Shown here: piece after piece, positions 24,184 through 33,517 of the stretch | Layout: every line of letters begins with the position of its first letter | Numbering within the stretch: the first letter of the stretch is position 1 | Notes under the pieces: generated by a model | The model's database searches: none | Told to the model about the DNA's origin: nothing | Seen by the model: the letters and a program-made list of their open reading frames with translations, nothing else | Assembly (NCBI GenBank): GCA_038329855.1 | Contig: JBBQNL010000001.1 | Coordinates: forward strand, 562 to 64,561 | Reading direction: 5' to 3' | Source of the DNA: Campylobacterales bacterium | Lineage (GTDB): Bacteria; Campylobacterota; Campylobacteria; Campylobacterales; Sulfurimonadaceae | Length of the DNA: 64,000 nt | Translations under genes and position numbers: made by a program

Positions 24184-25031
24184 TAGGCCCTCCTTGAATT
24201 ACGTAAGAAATAAAATTTGGCAATCGCGATAACCACGAAACTCATAACGAGCAAGGTAAGCGCCAAACCAAAAAGGCTTGAGAAATAAAGCGACGAATCG
24301 GCTTCGGTAAACTCGTTGGCCAGAGTAACCGGGATCGAGGTGGTCGGATCAAGGATCGATCCGGGGACATGGTGGACATTTCCCATTACGAAAGTAACGG
24401 CCATTGTCTCACCGATGGCACGTCCCAGCGCCAAAATGAGCGAACCGATAATACCTGCTTTGGAGTAGGGGATGATAACGTCTTTGATAACGTCCCATTG
24501 CGTGCCGCCCAATGCGTAGGCAGATTCTTTGAGAATATCGGGCGTCGTGTTCATCGCATCACGGGTAACGGCTGCCATAAACGGCAAAATCATAATCGCC
24601 AAAACGATCCCTGCCGCCAGCAATCCGATCCCCATACCGCCAAAAATATCGCGCAAGATCGGGACGAAATAAAACAGACCCCACATCCCGTAGATAACCG
24701 AAGGGATAGCAGCAAGAAGTTCAACGCTGACTCCGAAAAAACCTTTGATTTTATCGTGGGCAATCTCGCTCAAGAAAATAGCGACCCCAATGGCGATAGG
24801 AATAGCGAGAAGCATTGCTAAAAAAGTCGAAGCAACCGAACCAAAAATGGCGGCATAGGCTCCAAATTTGTCAAGATTGGGTGCCCACTCGTCTTTGGTG
24901 ATAAAATCCAATCCGAAGGTATTCATAGCTTCCAGCGAATGATTGAAGAGAACGACAAAAATCCACGCAACGATCAGGAGGATCAGCAGCGCACTGAGTC
25001 TGGTAAAGTGGAAAAATATTCTATCGAGCAT
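24183..25031 (-). CDS. pstC: phosphate ABC transporter permease
   Basis: LAAIPSVIYGMWG and LGRAIGETMAV motifs. Confidence 0.96.
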   Translation of the reverse strand: MLDRIFFHFTRLSALLILLIVAWIFVVLFNHSLEAMNTFGLDFITKDEWAPNLDKFGAYAAIFGSVASTFLAMLLAIPIAIGVAIFLSEIAHDKIKGFFGVSVELLAAIPSVIYGMWGLFYFVPILRDIFGGMGIGLLAAGIVLAIMILPFMAAVTRDAMNTTPDILKESAYALGGTQWDVIKDVIIPYSKAGIIGSLILALGRAIGETMAVTFVMGNVHHVPGSILDPTTSIPVTLANEFTEADSSLYFSSLFGLALTLLVMSFVVIAIAKFYFLRNSRRA

Positions 25032-25059
25032 GTAAAACCTTGCGTCAATTTATTGTGTT

Positions 25060-25092
25060 ATTGTAGTATAGTTTCGATTACAATGCCATTAC
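25060..25092 (-). promoter_or_regulatory. putative pho box promoter of pstCAB overlapping the cca stop codon
   Basis: GTAAT(25092)-N6-GTAAT(25081); -10 TACAAT starts at 25065. Confidence 0.72.
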
Positions 25093-26463
25093 TAAGTGGC
25101 TTTTTGTCCATTTAATCGCTTCGTCTTTGGTTAAAAACAGTCCGTTAAGCTGTGCTTCATAGGCAGCATCTAAGATGGTTTTAAATGCCGTTGAGGGAAT
25201 AAGCCCCATAAAAATCAAATCTTTTCCCATAACCAAGGGCTTTAGAGGAGAGGACAAAACCCCCAGTCGTAAGGCTTGTGTTCTTAGCCATTCACCCGCT
25301 TCAAAAGGCTCAGAAGGGTCCCTGTTAATTCCTCTTCCATAAAAATCGGCCGCAGCGACGAGAATAAGTTCTCTTAGACAAACGAGCACGCTAAGGTGCA
25401 AAATTTCAGAGTCGGATGCTGATATTTTATAGAATTTTTGTACTTTTCCGTGATAGGCTATAAGGGGAAGAACCTCCTCTTTTAAGCGGTGTTCGTTGGT
25501 GATTTTTTCTAAAAAGTCTTTAGCGATTACTGCCCCTACTTTGGCATGGTGTGGAGCCTTGATTTTCCCGTTTTCTAGGATGGTCGTGACGGGTTTGGCG
25601 CAATCGTGGAGTAGCACGGCAAACATTCGGACCAGATCTTGTTTAGAATCCCCTGTTCGTAAACGAGCCATTTCATCCAAAGCCATAAGAGTATGGATCC
25701 ACAAGTTTCCCTCAGTATGCTTTATAGGGTCAAGCAGTGTGGTTTCAAATCGGTCAAGGGGGGTAAAAAAAGGCAATCCTCCCATTTGGCGTAACAGGTT
25801 CATTCCGATGGAAGGTTTGGGGCTCAGGAGAAAAAGTTTTTTGAGTTCTTCAAAAATTCGTTCTTTGGGGAGTTCTTCAAGGGCACCATTGGCAATCATC
25901 GTTGCGCACAGATCCAGCAGTAACGGATCGCATGTCAGATCAAAACGAGCGGCAAACTGCACGGCTCGCAAGGGGCGAAGAGGATCTTCGATAAACGTTG
26001 TTTCATTTACACACCTAAGCTGTTTGTTGTGCAAATCGTCTACACCGTGATAAGGATCCAATACCGTTTTGGTATGGGGGTTATACCCTATGGCATTGAT
26101 CGTGAAGTCGCGTCTGCGGGCGGCGGTTGTGAAGTCGAGCGTAAAATCATACTGGACGTCAAACCCTTTGTGTCCGGCGGTATGTTTGGACTCGGTGCGA
26201 GGGGGCGAAAAGTCAATCTCCAGTTCGCCTATTTTGAGTTTGATGACACCGAAGCTTTTTCCCACAAGATTTATTTTGCCAAAGGGTTTGAGTATCTGCT
26301 CGATTTCATCCAGCGAGCTTAAATGATACAGTTCGATGTCAATGTCTTTGGAGTGAAGATTCAGCAGCGCATCTCGGACATAGCCTCCTACGATAATGGG
26401 GGTGATACCGTGGGCATTGAGTGCGTTTAGAATCGGGTTAAGTTCGGGGGGAAGTGCAATCAT
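25078..26463 (-). CDS. cca: CCA tRNA nucleotidyltransferase with HD domain
   Basis: VGGYVRD, DID, RRDFTINA, EDPLR and LLHD motifs. Confidence 0.9.
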   Translation of the reverse strand: MIALPPELNPILNALNAHGITPIIVGGYVRDALLNLHSKDIDIELYHLSSLDEIEQILKPFGKINLVGKSFGVIKLKIGELEIDFSPPRTESKHTAGHKGFDVQYDFTLDFTTAARRRDFTINAIGYNPHTKTVLDPYHGVDDLHNKQLRCVNETTFIEDPLRPLRAVQFAARFDLTCDPLLLDLCATMIANGALEELPKERIFEELKKLFLLSPKPSIGMNLLRQMGGLPFFTPLDRFETTLLDPIKHTEGNLWIHTLMALDEMARLRTGDSKQDLVRMFAVLLHDCAKPVTTILENGKIKAPHHAKVGAVIAKDFLEKITNEHRLKEEVLPLIAYHGKVQKFYKISASDSEILHLSVLVCLRELILVAAADFYGRGINRDPSEPFEAGEWLRTQALRLGVLSSPLKPLVMGKDLIFMGLIPSTAFKTILDAAYEAQLNGLFLTKDEAIKWTKSHLVMAL

Positions 26464-27857
26464 TTTTTTGGGAGGAGGGTGTCGATTCCAAAACTAAACG
26501 TCGAGCCGATACCCAAGGTGCTTTCAATGCGCAAGGTGGTGTCGTGCAGTTTGAGGATATAGCTGACGATGGCAAGCCCCAGCCCCATCGAGTTGTCCCA
26601 GCTGTTTTTTTGGACGCGATAAAACTTGCTGGTGATGAGCTCCAGCTCCTGCGGTGCAATACCGATTCCTTTATCTATGACGTCTATCGCATGATCGGTG
26701 AGTCTGAGGGTGACGTCATCTTCGGAATATTTGATGGCATTGTCGATTAAGTTGGTGATGGCCAAGTCGATCATCGTTTTGTCTGCATACACTTCTTTAG
26801 ATTCCCCCTCATAGATGAGAGTACGATGGGGGTATTTTCCTCGAAGGGTGTAGATGACATCACGGCACAAAGAATCCAGATCAAACAGAGTCGGTTTGAT
26901 CGAAAAATCATTGTTTTCGAGTTTGACCGAGAGGGCGAGGCGGTCAAGCATCGTACTGATTTTAAGGCCGTTTGCATGTATTTTTTCTAAAAACTTTTCC
27001 CGTATGGAGAGGCTGAGATTAGCATCTTCTTGAAGGGTTTCGGCATACCCTACGATCGCGGCAACGGGATTTTTGAACTCATGACTGATGGCGGAGAGAA
27101 TATCGTTTTGCTGTTTGTTGATCAGGCGGAGTTTGGCCGTATATTTGCGTTTTTGTTTGTCGCGGTTGCGAAGTTTTTTGACAAGATTTTTAAGCAGCAA
27201 TGTGATTTGTAGAAACTCTCTAAAATATTCAGGTTTTAGCGTGGCGGTATAATTTTTTGCCGATATTTCATTGAGATAGTGGGTGATTTGGGCAATATCG
27301 TATCGTGCTTTTTTGGAAATTTTGAACGCAACAATGAGGGCGACGATGATAAACAGCGCAAACGATCCGGCCAGCTTGATCCACAGCTCGTAAAAATATC
27401 CCATGACACTGTGAAGCGTTACCCCAAGGCGGAGAATGACAATGTTGCCATGAAATACAATTTGTTTGGCCACAAAAATATAATCTTCATCAAACGTTGC
27501 GGAGTGGCGTGTTTCAATGCCATACGGAAGCGTTGTGGCATTCATGACTTCTTCGCGATTGTTTTTTGAATTTACGGAGCGTTTGTCGATGTTGCTTTCG
27601 GCCAAAACGTTCCCATCCGTGTCAAATACGGTAGCACGGTAATCGGTTTGATTGTAAACAATCTTGGCATAATGATCCAGCGTGCTGGATTGATTGCTTT
27701 TGGTGGCAACAAGCTCGATGGTTCGTTTGAGATGATTGATGTTGTCGTTTACAATCATCTCTTTGAGGGTATAGTAGCCGATAAAGGAAGCAATAGTGAG
27801 AGTCCCCACAAAAAGGGCAAGGGTGTTGAGGAAAAAGAGTTGATGGATTTTTAGCAC
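26460..27857 (-). CDS. phoR: sensor histidine kinase, PhoR-like
   Basis: Two TM segments, SHEFKNP H-box, NLIDNAIKY, GLGL; context in the pho locus. Confidence 0.85.
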   Translation of the reverse strand: MLKIHQLFFLNTLALFVGTLTIASFIGYYTLKEMIVNDNINHLKRTIELVATKSNQSSTLDHYAKIVYNQTDYRATVFDTDGNVLAESNIDKRSVNSKNNREEVMNATTLPYGIETRHSATFDEDYIFVAKQIVFHGNIVILRLGVTLHSVMGYFYELWIKLAGSFALFIIVALIVAFKISKKARYDIAQITHYLNEISAKNYTATLKPEYFREFLQITLLLKNLVKKLRNRDKQKRKYTAKLRLINKQQNDILSAISHEFKNPVAAIVGYAETLQEDANLSLSIREKFLEKIHANGLKISTMLDRLALSVKLENNDFSIKPTLFDLDSLCRDVIYTLRGKYPHRTLIYEGESKEVYADKTMIDLAITNLIDNAIKYSEDDVTLRLTDHAIDVIDKGIGIAPQELELITSKFYRVQKNSWDNSMGLGLAIVSYILKLHDTTLRIESTLGIGSTFSFGIDTLLPKK

Positions 27858-28525
27858 AGCGTGTACCCGACTCCCCGTACTGTCTTGATGTAGTCTTTGC
27901 TCTTATGGGGATCGATTTTTTCTTTGAGACGATTGATGGCGACATTGACTGTTCGGTCTTGATACACCTCATCGCCGCCCCATACATGCTCTAAGAGATA
28001 ATCACGGTCCAGTACGATGTTTTGGTTGCTGATGAGGGCATGCAGCAGATCAAATTCGAGTTTGGTCAGTTCGATGGGATTGTTTTCTATCATAAGGGTA
28101 CGCGATCCAAGATTGAGGGTCATATCTCGGTAGGTAGTACTTCCTTGGTTGGAAAGCTTTTGGGTGCGACGGAGAATCGCTTTGACCCGTAAAATCAGCT
28201 CTTTCATGCTAAAAGGTTTGGTGAGATAATCATCACCGCCTCGTTCAAACCCTTGTTCTATGTCCGAATCTTTGTCTTTGGCGCTGATAAAGATAACCGG
28301 AGTATCGATTCCGCGAGTACGCAACGAAGCGACAAACTCACTCCCCTCGGCCCCGGGGAGATTTCGATCCATCAAGATCAGATCGACCTTCTCCTCCTCG
28401 AGTGCTTCGACCACACGCTTGGTATTTCGAAACCCCATCGTCTCAAACCCTTCGCGTGAGAGGTTGAACTCCATTAGCTCTAAAATATCCTCTTCATCTT
28501 CGACGATCAGTATGAGCGCACTCAA
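27851..28525 (-). CDS. phoB: OmpR-family response regulator, PhoB-like
   Basis: Receiver domain plus wHTH (DRTVNVAINRLKEK, TVRGVGY); between phoU and the kinase. Confidence 0.88.
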   Translation of the reverse strand: MSALILIVEDEEDILELMEFNLSREGFETMGFRNTKRVVEALEEEKVDLILMDRNLPGAEGSEFVASLRTRGIDTPVIFISAKDKDSDIEQGFERGGDDYLTKPFSMKELILRVKAILRRTQKLSNQGSTTYRDMTLNLGSRTLMIENNPIELTKLEFDLLHALISNQNIVLDRDYLLEHVWGGDEVYQDRTVNVAINRLKEKIDPHKSKDYIKTVRGVGYTLC

Positions 28526-28535
28526 GCTGGGCTCC

Positions 28536-29207
28536 TTAGGCGTGAAAGTTTAATTCGCCGCCTTGCTGGGCGTACAAGAGCAAGGATGCGATGTTAACGG
28601 TACGATCTCCAGTTCTCTCGAGTTTACGCAGTGTTGAGAGCACTTTGACGTAATCGGCAGAGAGTTCATGCGATTCGGAGATGAGATTGAGAAGATCTTT
28701 CTCGACAACGGAGAAAAGATCATCATTTTTGGACTCTTCGACCGATACTTTGCGAAAGAGTTCTGCCGCGTCGGAAGAGCTCATATTTTCCAGGTATTCG
28801 CGAATATAAGACAAGGCATTAAGGGTTGTTTTTTGGAGCTGAATAATGGAAGGGGCCATTACCTTAATGTCGCATTCGCCATGGCAAAGTTCTTGCAGAC
28901 GGACGTTGTACTTTTTCATATTTTCACTGATACGATCAAGCTCGTTGGTCATTTTCAAAAATGAGACCAAAAGGCGAAGCTCTTCCCCTTCAGGGCCGTA
29001 CAGTGCAAGGGTTTTGATCACTTCGCTGTCGATCGTGTTGGCATCGATCTGGGTATTTTTCAGACATTTTTTAGCGCTTTCGTAGAGATTTTCTTGATCA
29101 CTTTCAAATGCGATGAGGGTATCTTTGTTGGCACAGATGATCGAATCGACCAAACGGGAGAGCTGTGTGCGAATTTCGTTGAGTTTGTTTTCATAGCGTG
29201 GGAGCAT
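28536..29207 (-). CDS. phoU: phosphate signalling protein PhoU
   Basis: Duplicated ELDRI / LERTGD..NIA motifs. Confidence 0.88.
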   Translation of the reverse strand: MLPRYENKLNEIRTQLSRLVDSIICANKDTLIAFESDQENLYESAKKCLKNTQIDANTIDSEVIKTLALYGPEGEELRLLVSFLKMTNELDRISENMKKYNVRLQELCHGECDIKVMAPSIIQLQKTTLNALSYIREYLENMSSSDAAELFRKVSVEESKNDDLFSVVEKDLLNLISESHELSADYVKVLSTLRKLERTGDRTVNIASLLLYAQQGGELNFHA

Positions 29208-29241
29208 ACGTAAGCCTTTAATACTAAATAATGGATTTGAG

Positions 29242-29324
29242 ATAGTAATATATTATCGTCACCATTTGATTACAATAGTTTACCATACTCTGTAATCTTT
29301 TCGTTACCAAGTACTTGTTAAAAT
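29242..29324. promoter_or_regulatory. divergent pho-box promoters of phoU (-) and pstS (+)
   Basis: Minus: GTAAT(29273), GTGAC(29262), -10 TACTAT(29247). Plus: GTAAT(29292), GTTAC(29303), TGnTAAAAT (-10 at 29319). Confidence 0.78.
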
Positions 29325-29358
29325 GCGCTCATTAAAAAAACACCCAAAGGATTGAGCA

Positions 29359-30357
29359 ATGCTTAAAAACATTACCAAAGGTTTAGTGATCGCGGCAGTT
29401 GCGGCGACATCAATGATCGCAGCAGAGAAAATCAACGGCGCGGGTGCAACATTCCCAGCCCCTTGTTACTATGACTGGGCATACAACTACCAAAAAGCGA
29501 CCAAGACTCGTGTTAACTACCAGTCAATCGGTTCAGGCGGCGGTATCAAGCAGATTTCTGAGCGTATCGTTGATTTCGGTGCAACCGATGCTCCATTGAC
29601 ACCAAAAGAACTTGAAAAAGCAAATTTGACTCAATTTCCTGCGGTTATCGGTTCGATCGTCGTTGCACACAATATTCCGGGTGTTGCGGATGAAAAATTA
29701 AAATTGAAAAACAGTGTTGTAGCGGATATCTTCGCCGGTAAGATCACCATGTGGAATGACGCTGCAATCGCTGCTGACAATGCGGGTGTTAAGCTTCCCG
29801 CTGAAAAAATCATCGTGGCTCACCGTTCTGATGGATCAGGTACGACGTATGTATTTACCGACTATTTGAGCGAAGCGTCTAAAACATGGAAAAGTAAATT
29901 TGGTGTCGGTAAAGCCATCGGATGGGCAACGGGTGTTGGCGGAAAAGGAAATGAGGGGGTAACTAACCTTATCAAACAAACTCCGTATTCTATCGGCTAC
30001 ATTGAAAACGCCTATAAAGAAAAGAACAACCTTTCAGCAGCAACCTTGCAAACGGCTAGCGGCAAATGGATCACTGCTCGTACGTCAAACTTCCAAAATG
30101 CTGTCAAGCAAGCAAAATGGTCTAAAAAAGATCACTTTTACAGCTCTCTTGTCATGCAAGACGGCGATGCTTACCCGATCGTAGCGGCAACGTTTATCTT
30201 GATGCCAAAAGACAAAGCAGAAACCAATGCTGAAGTTATCAAATTTTTCGACTACTCATTCCGTAACGGGGATAAAGCAGCTGAGAAATTGGGCTACATC
30301 GCACTTCCGGTTGAAACAACAAACCTAGTACGTCAATACTGGGCAGAAACTAAATAA
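29359..30357 (+). CDS. pstS: phosphate ABC transporter substrate-binding protein
   Basis: Signal peptide; GAGATFP, YQSIGSGGG and RSDGSGTT motifs. Confidence 0.98.
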   Translation: MLKNITKGLVIAAVAATSMIAAEKINGAGATFPAPCYYDWAYNYQKATKTRVNYQSIGSGGGIKQISERIVDFGATDAPLTPKELEKANLTQFPAVIGSIVVAHNIPGVADEKLKLKNSVVADIFAGKITMWNDAAIAADNAGVKLPAEKIIVAHRSDGSGTTYVFTDYLSEASKTWKSKFGVGKAIGWATGVGGKGNEGVTNLIKQTPYSIGYIENAYKEKNNLSAATLQTASGKWITARTSNFQNAVKQAKWSKKDHFYSSLVMQDGDAYPIVAATFILMPKDKAETNAEVIKFFDYSFRNGDKAAEKLGYIALPVETTNLVRQYWAETK

Positions 30358-30377
30358 GTTTTACTACTAACCATCCC

Positions 30378-30444
30378 CGTCATACCGTACCTGATACGGT
30401 ATCCAGTTTATATTGTGGATTCCGTGTCGTAGCACGGAATGACG
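30378..30444. repeat. CGTC-type REP doublet
   Basis: CGTCATACCGT..ACGGTATCCA...TGGATTCCGTG..CACGGAATGACG. Confidence 0.8.
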
Positions 30445-30598
30445 ATACCTCTAAGAGCATTTGTGAATGGTTTTAGAGGTGTCTTTTTCGTCAAAGACCC
30501 ATGTTTCCTATTCTCCATTCTCTTTCTCCCTAAATAAGACTTGATAACCCGTTTTAGCGTATGCACTCGGGTTATGCTTCCTATCCATTCTCCTTATC

Positions 30599-30646
30599 GT
30601 AACGCTTTCGTAATGTAACATTGTCGTAATCTTCTTTTTCTACAAT
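30599..30646 (+). promoter_or_regulatory. putative pho-box promoter of the porin gene
   Basis: GTAAC(30599)/GTAAT(30610) and GTAAC(30615)/GTAAT(30626); -10 TACAAT at 30641. Confidence 0.78.
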
Positions 30647-30675
30647 GTCACCATATTAATCAGGAGTGATAACCA

Positions 30676-32112
30676 ATGAAAAAAGTAACCTTATCTGCCC
30701 TTGCTGCGGTAATGATGTCGGGTGTAGTGTATGCTGATGCTATGACCCTTTACAGTGATCCTAAAACAGGTCAAGTATTTACAACACCAGCTGAGGGTCG
30801 TGTGGAGATGGGCGATTTCGTGGATGCGAAAACCGTTGATATGGGAGATCGCGAACAAGCTTCGATCCTTGCAGAATATCAAGATGCAGAGAAAGGTTCT
30901 GTGTCAGTCATTAACTCAAAATCTCCAACGTTCATTTTGGGTAAAGAAACGGGTCCAAACATGAAGATCAAAGCCAAAGACAACAAAGATATGTATTTGA
31001 AATTGGGTGTTCGTCTTCAATCAACCTTTGAGCGTCGTGAAAAAGATTATGTGGATAATGTAAAATATACAGATATCGAAACAAACGATGCCTATATGCG
31101 TCGTACTCGTTTGGAAGTGGAAGCAGGTTTTGATAAACATACATCATTTGTTATGGATATTCGTAATGACAACGTCAACAGTGAAGATAAAGGTGAACAA
31201 ACTTTTAATGTTGGGGATGCATACTTGAATGTTAGCAAACCGTTTGATACGTCATTGGTTAACTTCAAATTTTTCCGTGGGAAAATCGACGTATCACGAA
31301 GTGAAACAGCGAAATCAGCATACAACGTTCACTACGACCGTGCACACGTAGCGGATGAAGCAGCACAATACATCACTCACAACCGTCGTGGTACGAATGC
31401 ACAGATGTACGGGGATTGGGATAAAAAAGTTCATTACCAAGTTGCAATGGGGGACGGTGTTTATTCTGGTGCGATGAAAGATGCTAAAGGAAAAACACTT
31501 AACGATAGCAAAAATACATTGCTTATTGGCGAAACTAATACTAGTAAAACAGCAGCTGGAGAAATTAAGTCTCAAGATTTCTTCTACGGTGGAAAAATCA
31601 AATTCTCTCCATTTGACGGCTGGGAAGAGCAAGCAGTTACCGAAACTTATTTCGGTCACGGAAAACACTTTACCGTGGGTGCGGCCTACTGGAAAACAGG
31701 TAATATCGTGACAACAGCGACTGCTCCAATCAATCATGAGCTGATCAACCTTGAAGCATCAGCACACTATAACGGTGCTTCTATCACGGCAGAGTATTTT
31801 GATTTTGATGGTGTGGTTAAAGATTGGAAAGCAGTAACAAAAACTATTGGTAAATCAACTGGTTGGTATGGACAAGCAGAATATGTATTTACTGACTTCG
31901 GTTACGTTGCACCGTTCTACCGCTACGAGTCATGGGACAAGTTCAAAGATGCGGATGGTTACGACCTAACCTCCAAAATCGCTGGGGTTAACTGGTACCT
32001 ACGCGGTAACACGACCAAAGTTGGATTTGCGGTTCAAAATGATACCTATGGAAAATCTTTGGGTGATTACACCGATACTCGTTATAAAATTACTACACAG
32101 TTCCACTTCTAA
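30676..32112 (+). CDS. outer membrane porin, probably phosphate-selective (OprO/OprP-like)
   Basis: Signal peptide, RRTRL motif, GVNWY, terminal Phe; downstream of pstS with pho boxes. Confidence 0.8.
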   Translation: MKKVTLSALAAVMMSGVVYADAMTLYSDPKTGQVFTTPAEGRVEMGDFVDAKTVDMGDREQASILAEYQDAEKGSVSVINSKSPTFILGKETGPNMKIKAKDNKDMYLKLGVRLQSTFERREKDYVDNVKYTDIETNDAYMRRTRLEVEAGFDKHTSFVMDIRNDNVNSEDKGEQTFNVGDAYLNVSKPFDTSLVNFKFFRGKIDVSRSETAKSAYNVHYDRAHVADEAAQYITHNRRGTNAQMYGDWDKKVHYQVAMGDGVYSGAMKDAKGKTLNDSKNTLLIGETNTSKTAAGEIKSQDFFYGGKIKFSPFDGWEEQAVTETYFGHGKHFTVGAAYWKTGNIVTTATAPINHELINLEASAHYNGASITAEYFDFDGVVKDWKAVTKTIGKSTGWYGQAEYVFTDFGYVAPFYRYESWDKFKDADGYDLTSKIAGVNWYLRGNTTKVGFAVQNDTYGKSLGDYTDTRYKITTQFHF

Positions 32113-32125
32113 AAATTACATTTCT

Positions 32126-32155
32126 CTCACTCCCAAGCTCCCGCTTGGGAATGCA
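32126..32155. repeat. REP-like palindrome
   Basis: TCCCAAGC-TCCC-GCTTGGGA-ATGCA. Confidence 0.7.
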
Positions 32156-32211
32156 CACTTACAGCCTACTTCCCCAATTTTCTGCTACAATTTCCCAACC
32201 TTTAACCTTAA

Positions 32212-32622
32212 GTGATTTTTATGGACCCTTTTGCTCTTTTTATTGCAATGATCAGTTTATTGTTTGCATTGATACTGTTGGTATTAGTCTATGTGTGGCT
32301 GGGTAGGACGAAGAGCGCTGATGCGGAAAAAGTCCCTGAGACGTTTGAATCGCTTCAAGAGCTTATCAATCATACGGACTCAAACAATAAGCAGATTAAT
32401 CATGCCGTAACCGTTTTGATTGAGAAGTTTATTCACATTGGTTCAGGGGCGCGCGATTATGCGCATTACGAAGCAATGCTTGAGAGATTGTGTTTTCATC
32501 CCAATACCGATTCCAAAGTAATTTTGCGTTTTGAAAAAGCGCTGCGAGAAGCGAATCCAAAGTTTAAAGAGAAGATCGAAAAGGCGCTGAAGCAAGGGCT
32601 CTCAAAGCGAGACAAGAAGTAA
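32212..32622 (+). CDS. hypothetical membrane-anchored protein
   Basis: N-terminal TM helix followed by a helical soluble domain. Confidence 0.75.
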   Translation: MIFMDPFALFIAMISLLFALILLVLVYVWLGRTKSADAEKVPETFESLQELINHTDSNNKQINHAVTVLIEKFIHIGSGARDYAHYEAMLERLCFHPNTDSKVILRFEKALREANPKFKEKIEKALKQGLSKRDKK

Positions 32623-32626
32623 CTTT

Positions 32627-32700
32627 CGTCATAGCCGCAAAGGCGGGAGAAGTACCCTTGTGGTATATCCAGCTAGATTCCCGTCTTCACGGGAATGACG
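32627..32700. repeat. CGTC-type REP doublet with a nested GTACCCTTG insertion
   Basis: CGTCATAGCCGCAAAGGCGGGA[GAAGTACCCTTGTGGTAT]ATCCAG..GATTCCCGTCTTCACGGGAATGACG. Confidence 0.78.
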
Positions 32701-32710
32701 AAATGTATTA

Positions 32711-33235
32711 TTACAGTTTTACTTCTACCTTGGAAGCGGCACGAAGGGTTTCGGTTTTTTTGGTCATTTGTGCTTTGAATTTTTCCATTTTGATAAACTG
32801 CGTAATCTCAAATTTTGCTTTTTCGTACGGAACGACTTTGTCCCCTTGTTTCATTTTTTCTTTGTTGGCATCGTAAAACGTTTTGGTCTCTTTCTCGCCG
32901 ACGGTGATTTTGGCCATTTGCTGTTTCATCCACATATCAACTGCAAGATCATCACGCAACGCTGCATAGGCCAATTTAAAGCCAGGGGTATTTTGGATAC
33001 CGCTTTTTGCCACCTCATCCTTAATAAGCTGTTGATTGACGAGCTGATCGACGACTTGACGTTTCATTTTAGGATCCAGCTTGTCAAAGGTCATCCCAGG
33101 GATGGCTTTTGCCATAAAAGTGCTTGCATCCGAAGAGGTTATAGCATGACCGTTTACGACGGCAAGCGTTGTTGGGGCAGCTATGGCCACGGTAGCGGTG
33201 ATGAGAAGTGCCGAGACGATGGTAGAAAATTTCAT
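32711..33235 (-). CDS. periplasmic PEB4/SurA-like chaperone lacking the PPIase domain
   Basis: Signal peptide, LAVVNG..IT, FYDANK, then directly VPYEKAK..I; no parvulin HIL/GGDLG motifs. Confidence 0.75.
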   Translation of the reverse strand: MKFSTIVSALLITATVAIAAPTTLAVVNGHAITSSDASTFMAKAIPGMTFDKLDPKMKRQVVDQLVNQQLIKDEVAKSGIQNTPGFKLAYAALRDDLAVDMWMKQQMAKITVGEKETKTFYDANKEKMKQGDKVVPYEKAKFEITQFIKMEKFKAQMTKKTETLRAASKVEVKL

Positions 33236-33265
33236 ACAATTCCTTTTGAATAAATAATTGGGGAT

Positions 33266-33297
33266 ATTATAGTTGATATTGGTTATGAAAGTGTTAA
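33266..33297 (-). promoter_or_regulatory. TTAAC direct-repeat box plus -10
   Basis: TTAAC(33297)-N6-ATAAC(33286); -10 TATAAT starts at 33271. Confidence 0.6.
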
Positions 33298-33317
33298 TGG
33301 AATTAAGAAAGTGAAGT

Positions 33318-33393
33318 TGGTGGACCCTAGCGGGATCGAACCGCTGACCTCGTCGCTGCCAGCGACGCGCTCTCCCAGCTGAGCTAAGGGCCC
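33318..33393 (-). tRNA. tRNA-Ala (GGC)
   Basis: GGGCCCTTAGCTCAGCTGGGAGAGCG...TGGCA...GGTTCGATCCC...TCCACCA, 76 nt with G3-U70 pair. Confidence 0.97.
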
Positions 33394-33456
33394 AAAAGAA
33401 TTTTTTTGGAAAGGCATTATAGACACTGACTCCTTAATGTTTGTTTGAAATTCGGT

Positions 33457-33485
33457 TTAAAGTTCTAGAGGATTAATGTCGATAT
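33457..33485 (+). promoter_or_regulatory. candidate sigma28 (FliA) promoter
   Basis: TTAAAG-N15-GTCGATAT upstream of the SPOR gene. Confidence 0.5.
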
Positions 33486-33517
33486 AGGAGATATGAATTA
33501 ATGGTGAAGGTATAGGT

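Noticed and set aside
33318-33393. tRNA-Ala as an island integration site
   Set aside because: No integrase, no duplicated tRNA 3' end and no obviously foreign genes nearby.
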